Shown: one piece after another, positions 29,584-38,431 of the stretch | How the letters are laid out: each line of letters opens with the position of its first letter | How positions within the stretch are numbered: the first letter of the stretch is position 1 | Assembly: GCA_043823065.1 (NCBI GenBank) | Contig: JBDRBB010000001.1 | Span: 32,001 to 96,000, forward strand | Direction of reading: 5' to 3' | From: Pseudomonadota bacterium | Lineage (GTDB): Bacteria; UBA10199; 2-02-FULL-44-16; DYJF01 | Length of the DNA stretch: 64,000 nt | Program-made: the position numbers and the translations under genes | The notes under the pieces: generated by a model | What the model saw: only the letters and a program-made list of their open reading frames with translations | Told to the model about the DNA's origin: nothing | The model's database searches: none

Positions 29584-30382
29584 ATTAAGGTTAAAAAGAA
29601 TATCCGTTCGTCCTGAGCCAGTCGAAGGACGATTCACTTCATGGTTCGACAAGCTCACCATGAGCGGGGTTATCATTTGTCTGGTGTTTGCCATGTCTTG
29701 CGCAACTTCCTTTGATTCCAGAGGGCGCTATCACAAAGTGATGAGCGGCGAAACTTTAGATGTCATTTCTAAATCTTATCGTGTTGATCTGCAAGAGGTT
29801 GCCGAATTAAATAACATTGAAGATGTTAGACAAATTGAAGTTGGTCAGAAAGTTTATTTGCCGGAAAAAGAACATAAAGGCGGATATAAAAAATTACCAT
29901 TTGGAAATTATTTAAAAGAAGATGCAAATGGCAAGAAAAATGGTTTTGTTAAATATCACAAAAAAGAAAAAAAGTCAGTTGAGCAGGAAAAAATTGTGGT
30001 AGATCGCGGTCGTTTTATTTGGCCTTTGAACGGCAAAATTTCCTCACAGTTTGGTATTCGCAATGGTCGGCGCCACGATGGTTTGGATATATGCGCTAAA
30101 AATGGAACGCCCATTAAAGCTGCTGGTAATGGCAAAGTAGTATTTTCCGGAAAAATGCGGGGATATGGAAATTTAGTGATTCTGAGGCATGAGGATGATT
30201 TTTTTACTGTTTATGCCCACAATAGTCGTAACCTGGTTGCTAAAGGCAAAACAGTGAGCAAGGGCCAACAGATTGCCAAGGTGGGTAGCACTGGCAGGTC
30301 TAGCGGCCCTCACTTGCATTTTGAAGTTCGAAATGGACAAAAAGCCAGGAATCCTCTATTTTTCCTGCCCAAGCGAGGTTAA
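29573..30382 (+). CDS. nlpD: NlpD-like lipoprotein (LysM + M23 peptidase domain)
   Basis: Lipobox AMSC, LysM, HDGLD...YAH...HLHFE; follows surE-pcm. Confidence 0.85.
   Translation: MMDRLRLKRISVRPEPVEGRFTSWFDKLTMSGVIICLVFAMSCATSFDSRGRYHKVMSGETLDVISKSYRVDLQEVAELNNIEDVRQIEVGQKVYLPEKEHKGGYKKLPFGNYLKEDANGKKNGFVKYHKKEKKSVEQEKIVVDRGRFIWPLNGKISSQFGIRNGRRHDGLDICAKNGTPIKAAGNGKVVFSGKMRGYGNLVILRHEDDFFTVYAHNSRNLVAKGKTVSKGQQIAKVGSTGRSSGPHLHFEVRNGQKARNPLFFLPKRG
29604..29667 (+). repeat. Family A element in frame in the nlpD 5' region
   Basis: ccgttcgtcctgagccagtcgaaggac...tggttcgacaagctcaccatgagcgg; closely matches 46830-46888. Confidence 0.88.
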
Positions 30383-30403
30383 AATATGCCAAAAGGAGAA
30401 AAC

Positions 30404-30919
30404 ATGGAAGCGCTTTTGAAAAAAACTATTCGGGATATTCCTGATTTTCCCAAACCAGGAATTATATTTAAGGATATTACTCCAATTTTATTGGACCATG
30501 AATTATTTGCTAAAGTAATTGCTACCTTAGCAGAAAGATATAAATCCCAAGGTATTAAAGCTGTGGTGGGTATTGAATCAAGGGGCTTTATTTTTGGCAT
30601 GCCTTTGGCGCAAAAACTCAAAGCTGCTTTTATTCCTATTCGCAAAAAAGGAAAGCTGCCTTATGAGACAGTTGAAGAAACCTATAATCTAGAATATGGC
30701 ACAGCCACGGTGGAAATGCACACAGATGCAATTCAGCCAAAACAAAAAGTTTTAATTATGGATGATTTATTAGCAACTGGTGGTACAGCTCAAGCAGCAT
30801 GTAATTTAGTGAAAAAGCAAGGCGGCAAAGTTGTGGAATGCGCTTTTGTCGTGGAACTGGAATTTTTAGAAGGACGCAAGAAAATTAGCGCGCCAGTATA
30901 TTCTCTAGTTAAGTATTAA
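30404..30919 (+). CDS. apt: Adenine phosphoribosyltransferase
   Basis: IPDFPKPGIIFKDIT, MDDLLATGGT; SD aggag before ATG 30404. Confidence 0.97.
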   Translation: MEALLKKTIRDIPDFPKPGIIFKDITPILLDHELFAKVIATLAERYKSQGIKAVVGIESRGFIFGMPLAQKLKAAFIPIRKKGKLPYETVEETYNLEYGTATVEMHTDAIQPKQKVLIMDDLLATGGTAQAACNLVKKQGGKVVECAFVVELEFLEGRKKISAPVYSLVKY

Positions 30920-30923
30920 ATGT

Positions 30924-30954
30924 TGTCATTGCGAGCGTAAGCGAAGCAATCCAG
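30924..30954 (+). repeat. Family C half element
   Basis: tgtcattgcgagcgtaagcgaagcaatccag, just upstream of the tRNA. Confidence 0.85.
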
Positions 30955-30960
30955 TTATTT

Positions 30961-31037
30961 GGCCCCGTAGCTCAGTTGGATAGAGCACAAGATTCCTAAT
31001 CTTGGTGTCGCAGGTTCGAATCCTGCCGGGGTCACCA
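30961..31037 (+). tRNA. tRNA-Arg (anticodon CCT)
   Basis: ggccccg acceptor stem, agctcagttggatagagc D arm, caaga-ttCCTaa-tcttg anticodon arm, gttcgaatcc T loop, encoded CCA. Confidence 0.96.
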
Positions 31038-31669
31038 TGAAAGTTTTGTTTTCTCCAAATACAATGGATGGCAAACGATGCTACCAAGCTGCGCTAGCCA
31101 TGGTTTTAAATACATTTCGTCCTGAAACAAAGGTTTATCCATCTGATCTAGATGAAGTTACCAACCATACTCCTGGAAAATGGACTTGGCCCACAGCTGG
31201 CATGTTGTGGCTCTTAGACAATGGTTTTGAACTTCGTTTAATTGAAGATTTTGACTATGAAGAGTTTGCCAGACGCGGACCTGACTATATAATAGATAAG
31301 GCTGGTCCCGAAGTAGGCGAAGCTCAAATTAGAAATAGTTTAATTGACCAGGAACTGGATTATGCCCGGAAATTTGCCAAATTGAATTTGGTTGAAAAAC
31401 GGTTGCCTTGTTTTAAAGATATCAGACAATTATTAGCAGAAGGATATCTGGTTTTGTGTAATGTTAATTCTGCAGCCCTGCATGGACAGCCAGGCTATGC
31501 TGGTCATTTTGTGGTTATATTTGAAATTGATGATCAAAACCTTACTATGCATGATCCAGGCCTTCCACCTAGACCAGGTCTCAAAGTTTCTCGTGAGATA
31601 TTTGAAAAAGCCTGGGCCTACCCATCAGAAAATGAAAAAAACCTTCTAGCTGTACGCTTGAAAAAATAA
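31037..31669 (+). CDS. Papain-fold peptidase C39-like protein
   Basis: CYQAALAMVL, GHFVVI, MHDPG give a Cys-His-Asp triad pattern. Confidence 0.7.
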   Translation: MKVLFSPNTMDGKRCYQAALAMVLNTFRPETKVYPSDLDEVTNHTPGKWTWPTAGMLWLLDNGFELRLIEDFDYEEFARRGPDYIIDKAGPEVGEAQIRNSLIDQELDYARKFAKLNLVEKRLPCFKDIRQLLAEGYLVLCNVNSAALHGQPGYAGHFVVIFEIDDQNLTMHDPGLPPRPGLKVSREIFEKAWAYPSENEKNLLAVRLKK

Positions 31670-31698
31670 TTGACTCAACATCCCCCCAGTGGTAAATT
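31670..31698 (+). promoter_or_regulatory. Sigma70-like promoter for ihfB
   Basis: TTGACT-N17-TAAATT with extended TG. Confidence 0.55.
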
Positions 31699-31741
31699 CT
31701 TTAGTAATTTTAATTGATTAGCAATTTTTAGGGGGCAGCTT

Positions 31742-32062
31742 ATGAACAAATCAGAGCTAATAGATGTTGTAGCCTTAAAGACAAATACCACTAGAAAGAA
31801 AGCTGAAGATGTAGTGAATCTGATTTTTGATTCCATGGTTGAGGCCATGTCTAAAGGTGATCGCATTGAAATCAGAGGGTGGGGAAGTTTTGTGGTTAAA
31901 AATTACAAGGCTTATGTTGGTCGTAATCCTCGCACTGGTGAAAAAATTGAAGTTGCTCCAAAAAAACTACCTTTTTTTAAGGTTGGCAAAGAGCTTAGAG
32001 AATTGGTAGATGAAAAACCAGAAGTAAAAACGCCAGAGCCCAGTCCGCCAACTGGTTATTAA
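31742..32062 (+). CDS. ihfB: Integration host factor beta / HU family protein
   Basis: MNKSELI, RIEIRGWGSF, GRNPRTGE, PFFKVGKELR. Confidence 0.85.
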   Translation: MNKSELIDVVALKTNTTRKKAEDVVNLIFDSMVEAMSKGDRIEIRGWGSFVVKNYKAYVGRNPRTGEKIEVAPKKLPFFKVGKELRELVDEKPEVKTPEPSPPTGY

Positions 32063-32072
32063 ATCCGCTATG

Positions 32073-32169
32073 TTGTTATCCCCGCGTGGTTTGTCATCCC
32101 CGCGAAAGCGGGGATCTAAAGTATAGATTCCCGCTTTCGCGGGAATGACAACTTAAAATGCGGGAATGA
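32073..32169. repeat. Family D palindromic element (gtcatyccc-gc..gc-gggrat)
   Basis: gtcatccccgcgaaagcggggatc...gattcccgctttcgcgggaatgac with duplicated partial ends. Confidence 0.88.
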
Positions 32170-32209
32170 AAATAATAAATATGCCGCTAGGAAACAAGGA
32201 GGAAGTCCT

Positions 32210-33259
32210 ATGACCCAGCGGCATTTAATTTATTGGTTGGCCCTGCAAAGAATTTTTAGCAATCAGCCCATTATTGCCAAACAACTTCTAGATTTTTATC
32301 AAACTCCAGATAAAATTTTTGAGTATTCTAATTATGAACAAGTTCGTTGTTTTAATGATTGGGCAACTTGCGAGCAAGATCTAAAAATTTGCCAGCAGCA
32401 AAACATAAATATCCTAACTTTGGCTGATGAAAATTATCCAGCGCAGCTTAAAGAAATTTATGATTGTCCAGTAGTCTTAATGATCAAGGGTGACATAAAT
32501 GCTTTGACTAAGCCTGGTATAGCAATTGTTGGTTCCAGGCGCGCCACATCTCTAGGAAAAGAAATTGCCTTTGAGCTTGGTCAAGAATTGGCAGAATTTG
32601 GTTTGCAGGTAACAAGTGGCATGGCTTACGGCATAGACATATCTGCGCATCTAGGCGCTCTATCTACAGGTTCAACAATTGCAATTTGGGGTTCTGGTCT
32701 AAATTGTTGTTATCCTCCGGAATTTAAAACTATCAGCCAACAAATAGCTGGCCAAGGTTGTGTGGTTTCCGAGTTTCCTCTAGATTTTTCGCCTCAGCCG
32801 CAAAATTTTCCCCAGCGCAATCGGATTATTAGTGGTTTATCATTGGGTGTGGTTGTTGTGGAAGCGGCAAAAAGAAGCGGCAGTTTAATTACCGCGCGCA
32901 TGGCTTTGGAACAAGGGCGGGAAGTGTTTGCTGTGCCTGGCCTGGCTAAGGGAGTTACTTCCAGAGGTACCCATGAACTTTTAAAAAAAGGAGCAGCCTT
33001 GGTGGAAACTGGCGCAGAAATAATTGAAATAATTGCGCCAATTTTACCTGTAGATTTTAAAAATCCTAGACATTTGCAAATTGATGAACATAATAGGCAT
33101 CCAATTTTAAAGCATTTGTCTCAAAGAGAAGCATATTTTGTTGATTATATTGTAGAAAAAAGCGGCTTAAGTAGCGCTGAAGCGCTGCAACAACTTACAG
33201 AATTGATGCTGCAGGGCGAAGTTGAAGAATTGCCTGGCAAGAGGTTCAGGAGAAAATAA
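32210..33259 (+). CDS. dprA: DNA-processing protein DprA
   Basis: AIVGSR, SGMAYGID, FPQRNRIISGLS, SGSLITA; upstream of topA. Confidence 0.95.
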   Translation: MTQRHLIYWLALQRIFSNQPIIAKQLLDFYQTPDKIFEYSNYEQVRCFNDWATCEQDLKICQQQNINILTLADENYPAQLKEIYDCPVVLMIKGDINALTKPGIAIVGSRRATSLGKEIAFELGQELAEFGLQVTSGMAYGIDISAHLGALSTGSTIAIWGSGLNCCYPPEFKTISQQIAGQGCVVSEFPLDFSPQPQNFPQRNRIISGLSLGVVVVEAAKRSGSLITARMALEQGREVFAVPGLAKGVTSRGTHELLKKGAALVETGAEIIEIIAPILPVDFKNPRHLQIDEHNRHPILKHLSQREAYFVDYIVEKSGLSSAEALQQLTELMLQGEVEELPGKRFRRK

Positions 33260-33262
33260 TCC

Positions 33263-35521
33263 ATGGCTCAATCATTATTAATCGTAGAATCACCAGCTAA
33301 AGCGCGCACGTTAAAAAAATATCTAGGCCGCAAATTTAATGTCTTGGCTTCAGTGGGTCATGTCAAAGATTTGCCAAAAAAAGAATTAGGCATAGATGTT
33401 GATCATGATTTTAAGCCCCAATATGTAACCATAACTGGCAAGCAAAAGGTCTTAAAAAAGATTACTGATGCTGCTAAAGAATGTGATGAAATATATTTGG
33501 CTCCAGATCCAGATCGTGAAGGCGAAGCCATTGCCTGGCATATTGCTGAAGAAATCAAGAAAAAGACCAAAAAGAAATCCAATATTCACCGCGTGCGTGT
33601 GCATGAAATCACTAAAAGCGCTGTGCAAAAAGCCATTGCCAATGCCGGCGAACTTAATGCCAATTTATTTGATGCCCAACAGGCGCGCCGCATTTTAGAC
33701 CGTCTGGTTGGTTATAAAATCAGTCCAATATTATGGAAGAAAGTCAGGCGAGGTTTATCAGCAGGACGGGTTCAATCTGTAGCCTTGCGCATTATTTGCG
33801 AAAGAGAAGCAGCGATTGAAGCATTTCAAACCAAAGAATATTGGACCTTTGTTTCCCACCTTCAAGGTGGGCAAGGTCCAGAGTTTGAAGCCAAGCTGGC
33901 CAAGATTAATGGCCAAGATTTTGAAGTTGCCACAGAAGATCAAGCCGGACAGATTGCAAAAGATTTAGAAAAGCAGCAATTTATTTTAGAAAAAATTACC
34001 AAGAGCGAGCGCAAGAGAAAGCCCACGCCGCCTTTTATCACCAGTAAGTTGCAACAAGAAGCAGCGCGCAAACTTGGGTTTAGCGCTAAAAAAACCATGA
34101 TGCTGGCCCAAAGGCTTTATGAAGGTATTGAGTTGGGTAAAGAAGGTCATGTTGGTTTAATCACCTATATGCGTACAGATTCAGTGCGAGTTTCTGACGA
34201 GGCTTTGGAAGCTGTGCGTGCTTATATTAATGATAAGTATGGCGCCGATCATTTGCCAGAAACTCCAAATGTATATAAATCCAAGAAAAGCGCCCAAGAA
34301 GCGCATGAAGCAATCAGGCCAACTTCTCTGGATTATCCCCCGGAAAAACTGGAAGATTATTTAGAAAGAGATGCTCTAAGATTATATGATTTAATCTGGA
34401 AAAGATTTGTAGCTTCGCAAATGAATCCAGCAGTGTTTGATCAAACCGCTTTTGATATTAAAGCTGGCATTTATTCTTTGCGCGCTACTGGCCAGATCAT
34501 GCGCTTTTCCGGTTTTATGGCAGTTTATCTGGAAGGTGAAGATGAAGAAAAAACAAAAGATGAAGAAGAAAATCCAACCTTGCCAGAGCTTACCGAGGGA
34601 GAGCAACTTAAACTTTTGGATGTTGATCTAAACCAACATTTCACGCAGCCACCCCCGCGTTTTACTGAAGCCTCGTTGGTTAAAGAGCTGGAAGAAAAAG
34701 GCATTGGCCGTCCTTCAACCTATGCCTCTATTTTATCTACTATTCAGGACAAAGAATATGTGGTTAGAGATGATAGCAAGCGCTTCACTCCCAGTGAACT
34801 GGGCAAGCTGGTCAATTCCTTGTTGGTGGAAAGTTTTCCTGATATTATAGATGTGGGTTTTACCGCTAGCATGGAAGTTGAGCTAGATGAGATTGAAGAA
34901 GGCAAACACACCAGCGTTCAGATCTTAAAGAAATTTTATAAACCATTTGCAAAAACCGTGGAAGAGGCTAGTAAAAAAATGAAAAACGTAAAAATGCTAA
35001 AAATTGAAACCAAATTCAAATGCGAGAAATGTGGAAGTGTCATGGTTATTAAGTGGGGCAGGCATGGCGAGTTCCTGGCCTGCGATAAATATCCAGACTG
35101 CACCTTTACCCAAGAATTTAGCAGGGATGCAGATGGTAGCATTCACCTAAAAAAAACCAGAGAGATAAATGAAACTTGCGAAAAATGCGGCGCGCCAATG
35201 GTTTTAAAACAAGGGCGTTTTGGCGAGTTTTTGGCTTGTTCCAAATATCCAGATTGTAAAACCACCAAATCCATTGGCTTGGGTGTGAAATGTCCGGAAT
35301 GCGGAGAAGGCGAGCTTTTGCAGCGTCGTAGCAAAAAGGGGCGCACTTTTTATGGTTGCTCCAATTATCCCAAATGCACTTTTGCTTTGTGGAACAAGCC
35401 GGTTAATGGGCCTTGTCCTAAATGCAATTATCCCATCCTAGTTGAGAAATACACCCGCAAAACAGGCAATACCACCCAAGAATGCCCGCAAAAAGAGTGC
35501 GGGTATAAGAGTAATGAATAG
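33263..35521 (+). CDS. topA: DNA topoisomerase I
   Basis: IVESPAKA, DPDREGE, SAGRVQS, ITYMRTD, C-terminal zinc ribbons. Confidence 0.98.
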   Translation: MAQSLLIVESPAKARTLKKYLGRKFNVLASVGHVKDLPKKELGIDVDHDFKPQYVTITGKQKVLKKITDAAKECDEIYLAPDPDREGEAIAWHIAEEIKKKTKKKSNIHRVRVHEITKSAVQKAIANAGELNANLFDAQQARRILDRLVGYKISPILWKKVRRGLSAGRVQSVALRIICEREAAIEAFQTKEYWTFVSHLQGGQGPEFEAKLAKINGQDFEVATEDQAGQIAKDLEKQQFILEKITKSERKRKPTPPFITSKLQQEAARKLGFSAKKTMMLAQRLYEGIELGKEGHVGLITYMRTDSVRVSDEALEAVRAYINDKYGADHLPETPNVYKSKKSAQEAHEAIRPTSLDYPPEKLEDYLERDALRLYDLIWKRFVASQMNPAVFDQTAFDIKAGIYSLRATGQIMRFSGFMAVYLEGEDEEKTKDEEENPTLPELTEGEQLKLLDVDLNQHFTQPPPRFTEASLVKELEEKGIGRPSTYASILSTIQDKEYVVRDDSKRFTPSELGKLVNSLLVESFPDIIDVGFTASMEVELDEIEEGKHTSVQILKKFYKPFAKTVEEASKKMKNVKMLKIETKFKCEKCGSVMVIKWGRHGEFLACDKYPDCTFTQEFSRDADGSIHLKKTREINETCEKCGAPMVLKQGRFGEFLACSKYPDCKTTKSIGLGVKCPECGEGELLQRRSKKGRTFYGCSNYPKCTFALWNKPVNGPCPKCNYPILVEKYTRKTGNTTQECPQKECGYKSNE

Positions 35522-35593
35522 TGGGGATGTCGTGAGGCTTGACGGTAGAGAACATTGTTGCATTTTGGGGTGCGTGGTTAAGCGGCTGAAAGT

Positions 35594-35941
35594 TTAGGCA
35601 GCCTTTTTATAAACTACTTCTCCTTTTTCCTTGATTTCTCCGGCTAGATCAAAATAGTTGGCCTTGTTTAGTTCTTCTGGAGTGAAACCGATAATATCTA
35701 TCCCAACAGGAATAGTGATTTTTAACTTTCTGACACAATCGGTTAGATACATTATTCTTTCTATATCAGTCAGTTGTTGGAAGGACTTGGAGATTACTGC
35801 AATATCAATATCGCTGGTGTCATTTGGTTTCCCCCAGGCATAAGATCCAAATAATATAATTTCACTGATCCTATATTGTTTGGAGATTTCGTTGGCGAGT
35901 TCTTGTATTAATTTTTTAATCCAGCTTCTTTTAAGAGCCAT
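35594..35941 (-). CDS. Minimal nucleotidyltransferase (MNT antitoxin-type)
   Basis: ILFGSYAWG...SDIDIAV; start moved to MALKRSW (SD caggag). Confidence 0.85.
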   Translation of the reverse strand: MALKRSWIKKLIQELANEISKQYRISEIILFGSYAWGKPNDTSDIDIAVISKSFQQLTDIERIMYLTDCVRKLKITIPVGIDIIGFTPEELNKANYFDLAGEIKEKGEVVYKKAA

Positions 35942-36005
35942 TGGTATATCTCCTGTGTTTTTCGCAAAATATCTTCGGCAATTCAATAATTGTTTTTCTA
36001 GTCAT
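35908..36005 (-). pseudogene. Probable remnant of a HEPN-domain partner gene
   Basis: Frame 35982-35908 reads IAEDILRKTQEIYQWLLKEAGLKN*, like a HEPN C-terminal helix, overlapping the MNT start; out-of-frame MTRKTIIE start at 36005. Confidence 0.5.
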
Positions 36006-36077
36006 AAGACATATCTTAAACAAAAAAGCTTTGAAAAATCAAGAAACATCATTAATACGATACATGGCAAATAGTGC

Positions 36078-36186
36078 TGTCATGGCGAGGACTCTGAGCG
36101 AGCCTGAGCAAAGTCGAAGGGGACGAAGCAATCTCGACCAATTGATTGTCATCCCCGCCTGTTGGTTCACTATGGCGGGGATCCAG
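36078..36186. repeat. Composite repeat cluster: family C with nested family A, then family D
   Basis: tgtcatggcgag[gactctgagcgagcctgagcaaagtcgaagggga]cgaagcaatc, then tgtcatccccgcc...ggcggggatccag. Confidence 0.8.
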
Positions 36187-36216
36187 ACCTTATGAGGCGA
36201 GGCGGTCAGGCCAGGA

Positions 36217-36255
36217 TTGCTAAAAAAACGACAAATTTCGTCGTTTTTTTAGCAA
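36217..36255. repeat. Perfect 16-bp inverted repeat (operator or terminator)
   Basis: ttgctaaaaaaacgac-aaatttc-gtcgtttttttagcaa. Confidence 0.8.
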
Positions 36256-36278
36256 CCTTTTCCCCTTGCCGCCGATAA
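36252..36278 (+). promoter_or_regulatory. Sigma28/FliA-like promoter
   Basis: GCAACCTT-N11-GCCGATAA, 22 nt upstream of ATG 36301. Confidence 0.55.
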
Positions 36279-36300
36279 GAGATTGGAATAGGGGATACAT

Positions 36301-38229
36301 ATGCTATCAACAGGCGAACAGCGCATAACACTTGAAAGAATTATTGATTATTATGACGATCGCATTTGCCCTTCTGCTGGAAGGGAAGAACGAGAAGTGC
36401 AAGTTTGCCGCCAAACAATAGTAGCAGGTTTTGCCAGTAGTTATTATCAGCATTTAACTGATAGTGGCATGGAAGAACAAGCTGCTTTGCGCAGAGTTCA
36501 ACAGTTTTTTCGCCAACCCCCGCCCTGGTCCAGCCTTGATGAAAATCAAAGTAGAATATTAACTGGTTTATTTGATCGGGCAGCTTTAAGCGCTTTTTCT
36601 GTTCCTGGAAATCCAGCTACAGAAGAATATGAAAGCCTTGATTCTCAAATTGAAGCTTATCAAACTGTGCTGCAAAGACATAGGCCTATACCAGAACCTG
36701 GCCCTGTGAATGATAGACATCCAGTAGTGGTTCAACCCCGTGCTGAGCAATCGCCAGAAGATAGAAGGTCAGCTATTCTTGGCAACTTGCGTACTTACCT
36801 AGATGCGCATGATGCACAAGGCTTATTGCTTGAAACTCAAGGTAATAGAATTGTTTTAAGAGTTTCTCCAGGTTTAAGCAGGGCTGATGCACAGCGTATG
36901 CTGACAAGTCTAAATGCCACAGCTGCCAGTAGCTATATTGCTTCTCAGTTGCGCCAATTAACAGATAGTGAAGGGCAGATCTATTATAATGATGCAAGAA
37001 TAGATACTAGTGCACCAAATGAGCAAGCTGTGCATGGAAGAATTATTTCAAGATTAAGAGCTGAAATACCACACTTAGAAGTAGAACCAGAAGTTGCCGA
37101 GCGATCACCAGACCCTTGGTATGATCCAGCTCGGGCAAGGGTTCGCTATAATTGTGGAGGCAACCAAGCCTGCGAACAATTATTAATTAATGTAGCTCAA
37201 GCTTATTCTGCTTATCGTAGCGCAGCCCCAGCTACAGATCATTCTTGTGACCTAGCAACCCAGCAATGGATGGATGATCCAGCAGCCAGACCAGAAATGT
37301 CTGATGGTTTGCAAAGAACAATTCTGCAGGTTTTTGGGAGATATTTTGCTGATGATGCCCAAGCAGCTTTTGCTGCTTTTAGCCAGGGAAGTGGTCTGCC
37401 TAGACCTGCTGGCATTCCGGAAGATGCAAATGACCCTATAACGCTTTATGGCATATATGAACCAGTTTCAGTTCCAGCGCCTGTTGTAGAAACTGATCCA
37501 GTTGAGGAAAGATCTATAGTTACCCCCGCTCCCCAGCCAACTGCTGAACCAATCCCTGAACCATCTGCCGAAACCACCCCTGAAGCAGAGGAAGTAGAGG
37601 AAAATGAGCAGGTTAGAGCTCCCTGGGCAGTAGATCTAGCAGCTATGATTAGTTTGTTAGGTGGCACAGAAATTAATGCGCCAGGAGGATTTGGCGGTTT
37701 TTCTGAGCATTATCCACTTGGTTTACAGGTTCTATTTCGCCGAGGCTGGGATCATTTCTTTCTCAATTTAGGAGTGGAGTATTTATATCATATAGGACTT
37801 ATTCCACAGGATGCAGAAGGCAATGATGTGCCTCGTCCTGGCGGGGTTCATGATATAGCAGCTAGATTTGGTTTTGGTTATGCTTTTAATCCCAGAGGAA
37901 GGACAACTGAACTTGGTTTTTCTGGACATCTGGGTGGAAGGTGGCTGGTATCTGATGATGGCATAGTTTCTGGTGCGGCTGGAGTGCAGGAAATCAGTTA
38001 TGGCACTTTGGATATTGGGGCTACTTTTGAGGTAACTCACCCAATTTCTTCCAGAGCCTATTTTTTTAGCAGTTTAAGATATTCCTGGTCTGGTTTTTTT
38101 GAAGAAGAACTTCCTGGAATAGAACCTGGCTGGATTAATCCGATCAGTGTATGCCATCATCGCTTTCAACTCTCTCTTGGGGTTAGAATAGATATTGGAC
38201 ATAGGAATAATTCTGGATCTGAAGAATAA
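36301..38229 (+). CDS. Lysine-free hypothetical protein: Cys-pair helical modules, Pro/Glu linker, C-terminal beta-barrel-like domain; no signal peptide
   Basis: 642-aa ORF with no K; amphipathic strands in roughly the last 200 aa; paralogous to the next gene. Confidence 0.8.
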   Translation: MLSTGEQRITLERIIDYYDDRICPSAGREEREVQVCRQTIVAGFASSYYQHLTDSGMEEQAALRRVQQFFRQPPPWSSLDENQSRILTGLFDRAALSAFSVPGNPATEEYESLDSQIEAYQTVLQRHRPIPEPGPVNDRHPVVVQPRAEQSPEDRRSAILGNLRTYLDAHDAQGLLLETQGNRIVLRVSPGLSRADAQRMLTSLNATAASSYIASQLRQLTDSEGQIYYNDARIDTSAPNEQAVHGRIISRLRAEIPHLEVEPEVAERSPDPWYDPARARVRYNCGGNQACEQLLINVAQAYSAYRSAAPATDHSCDLATQQWMDDPAARPEMSDGLQRTILQVFGRYFADDAQAAFAAFSQGSGLPRPAGIPEDANDPITLYGIYEPVSVPAPVVETDPVEERSIVTPAPQPTAEPIPEPSAETTPEAEEVEENEQVRAPWAVDLAAMISLLGGTEINAPGGFGGFSEHYPLGLQVLFRRGWDHFFLNLGVEYLYHIGLIPQDAEGNDVPRPGGVHDIAARFGFGYAFNPRGRTTELGFSGHLGGRWLVSDDGIVSGAAGVQEISYGTLDIGATFEVTHPISSRAYFFSSLRYSWSGFFEEELPGIEPGWINPISVCHHRFQLSLGVRIDIGHRNNSGSEE

Positions 38230-38346
38230 CTTTATATATTTCAATATAACATATTGAAATATAGTATAAATCTTAAGCAAATATCTCGATATAAATTTTA
38301 GCTTCAATTATTTCTTCATATTTTTCAAAAAAAATAAAAAAAACCC

Positions 38347-38373
38347 GAAACTTTTTTAAAATCCTACCGATAA
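38347..38373 (+). promoter_or_regulatory. Sigma28/FliA-like promoter
   Basis: GAAACTTT-N11-ACCGATAA in an AT-rich spacer upstream of ATG 38432 (SD aggagg). Confidence 0.55.
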
Positions 38374-38431
38374 TAGGTATGAAGGGAAAGAATATAAGAA
38401 TTTTACCCGGGGGTTATTTTAGGAGGTAAAT

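Noticed and set aside
30961..32170. Prophage or integrative element at tRNA-Arg
   Set aside because: No integrase and no duplicated tRNA 3' end seen downstream
35941..36195. 84-aa ORF upstream of the Lys-free gene
   Set aside because: Largely a translation of nested repeats; no coding evidence
38167..38200. Mitochondrial beta-signal-like pattern (SLGVRIDI) at the end of the Lys-free barrel
   Set aside because: The pattern is degenerate and expected in any amphipathic strand; only a weak match in the paralog
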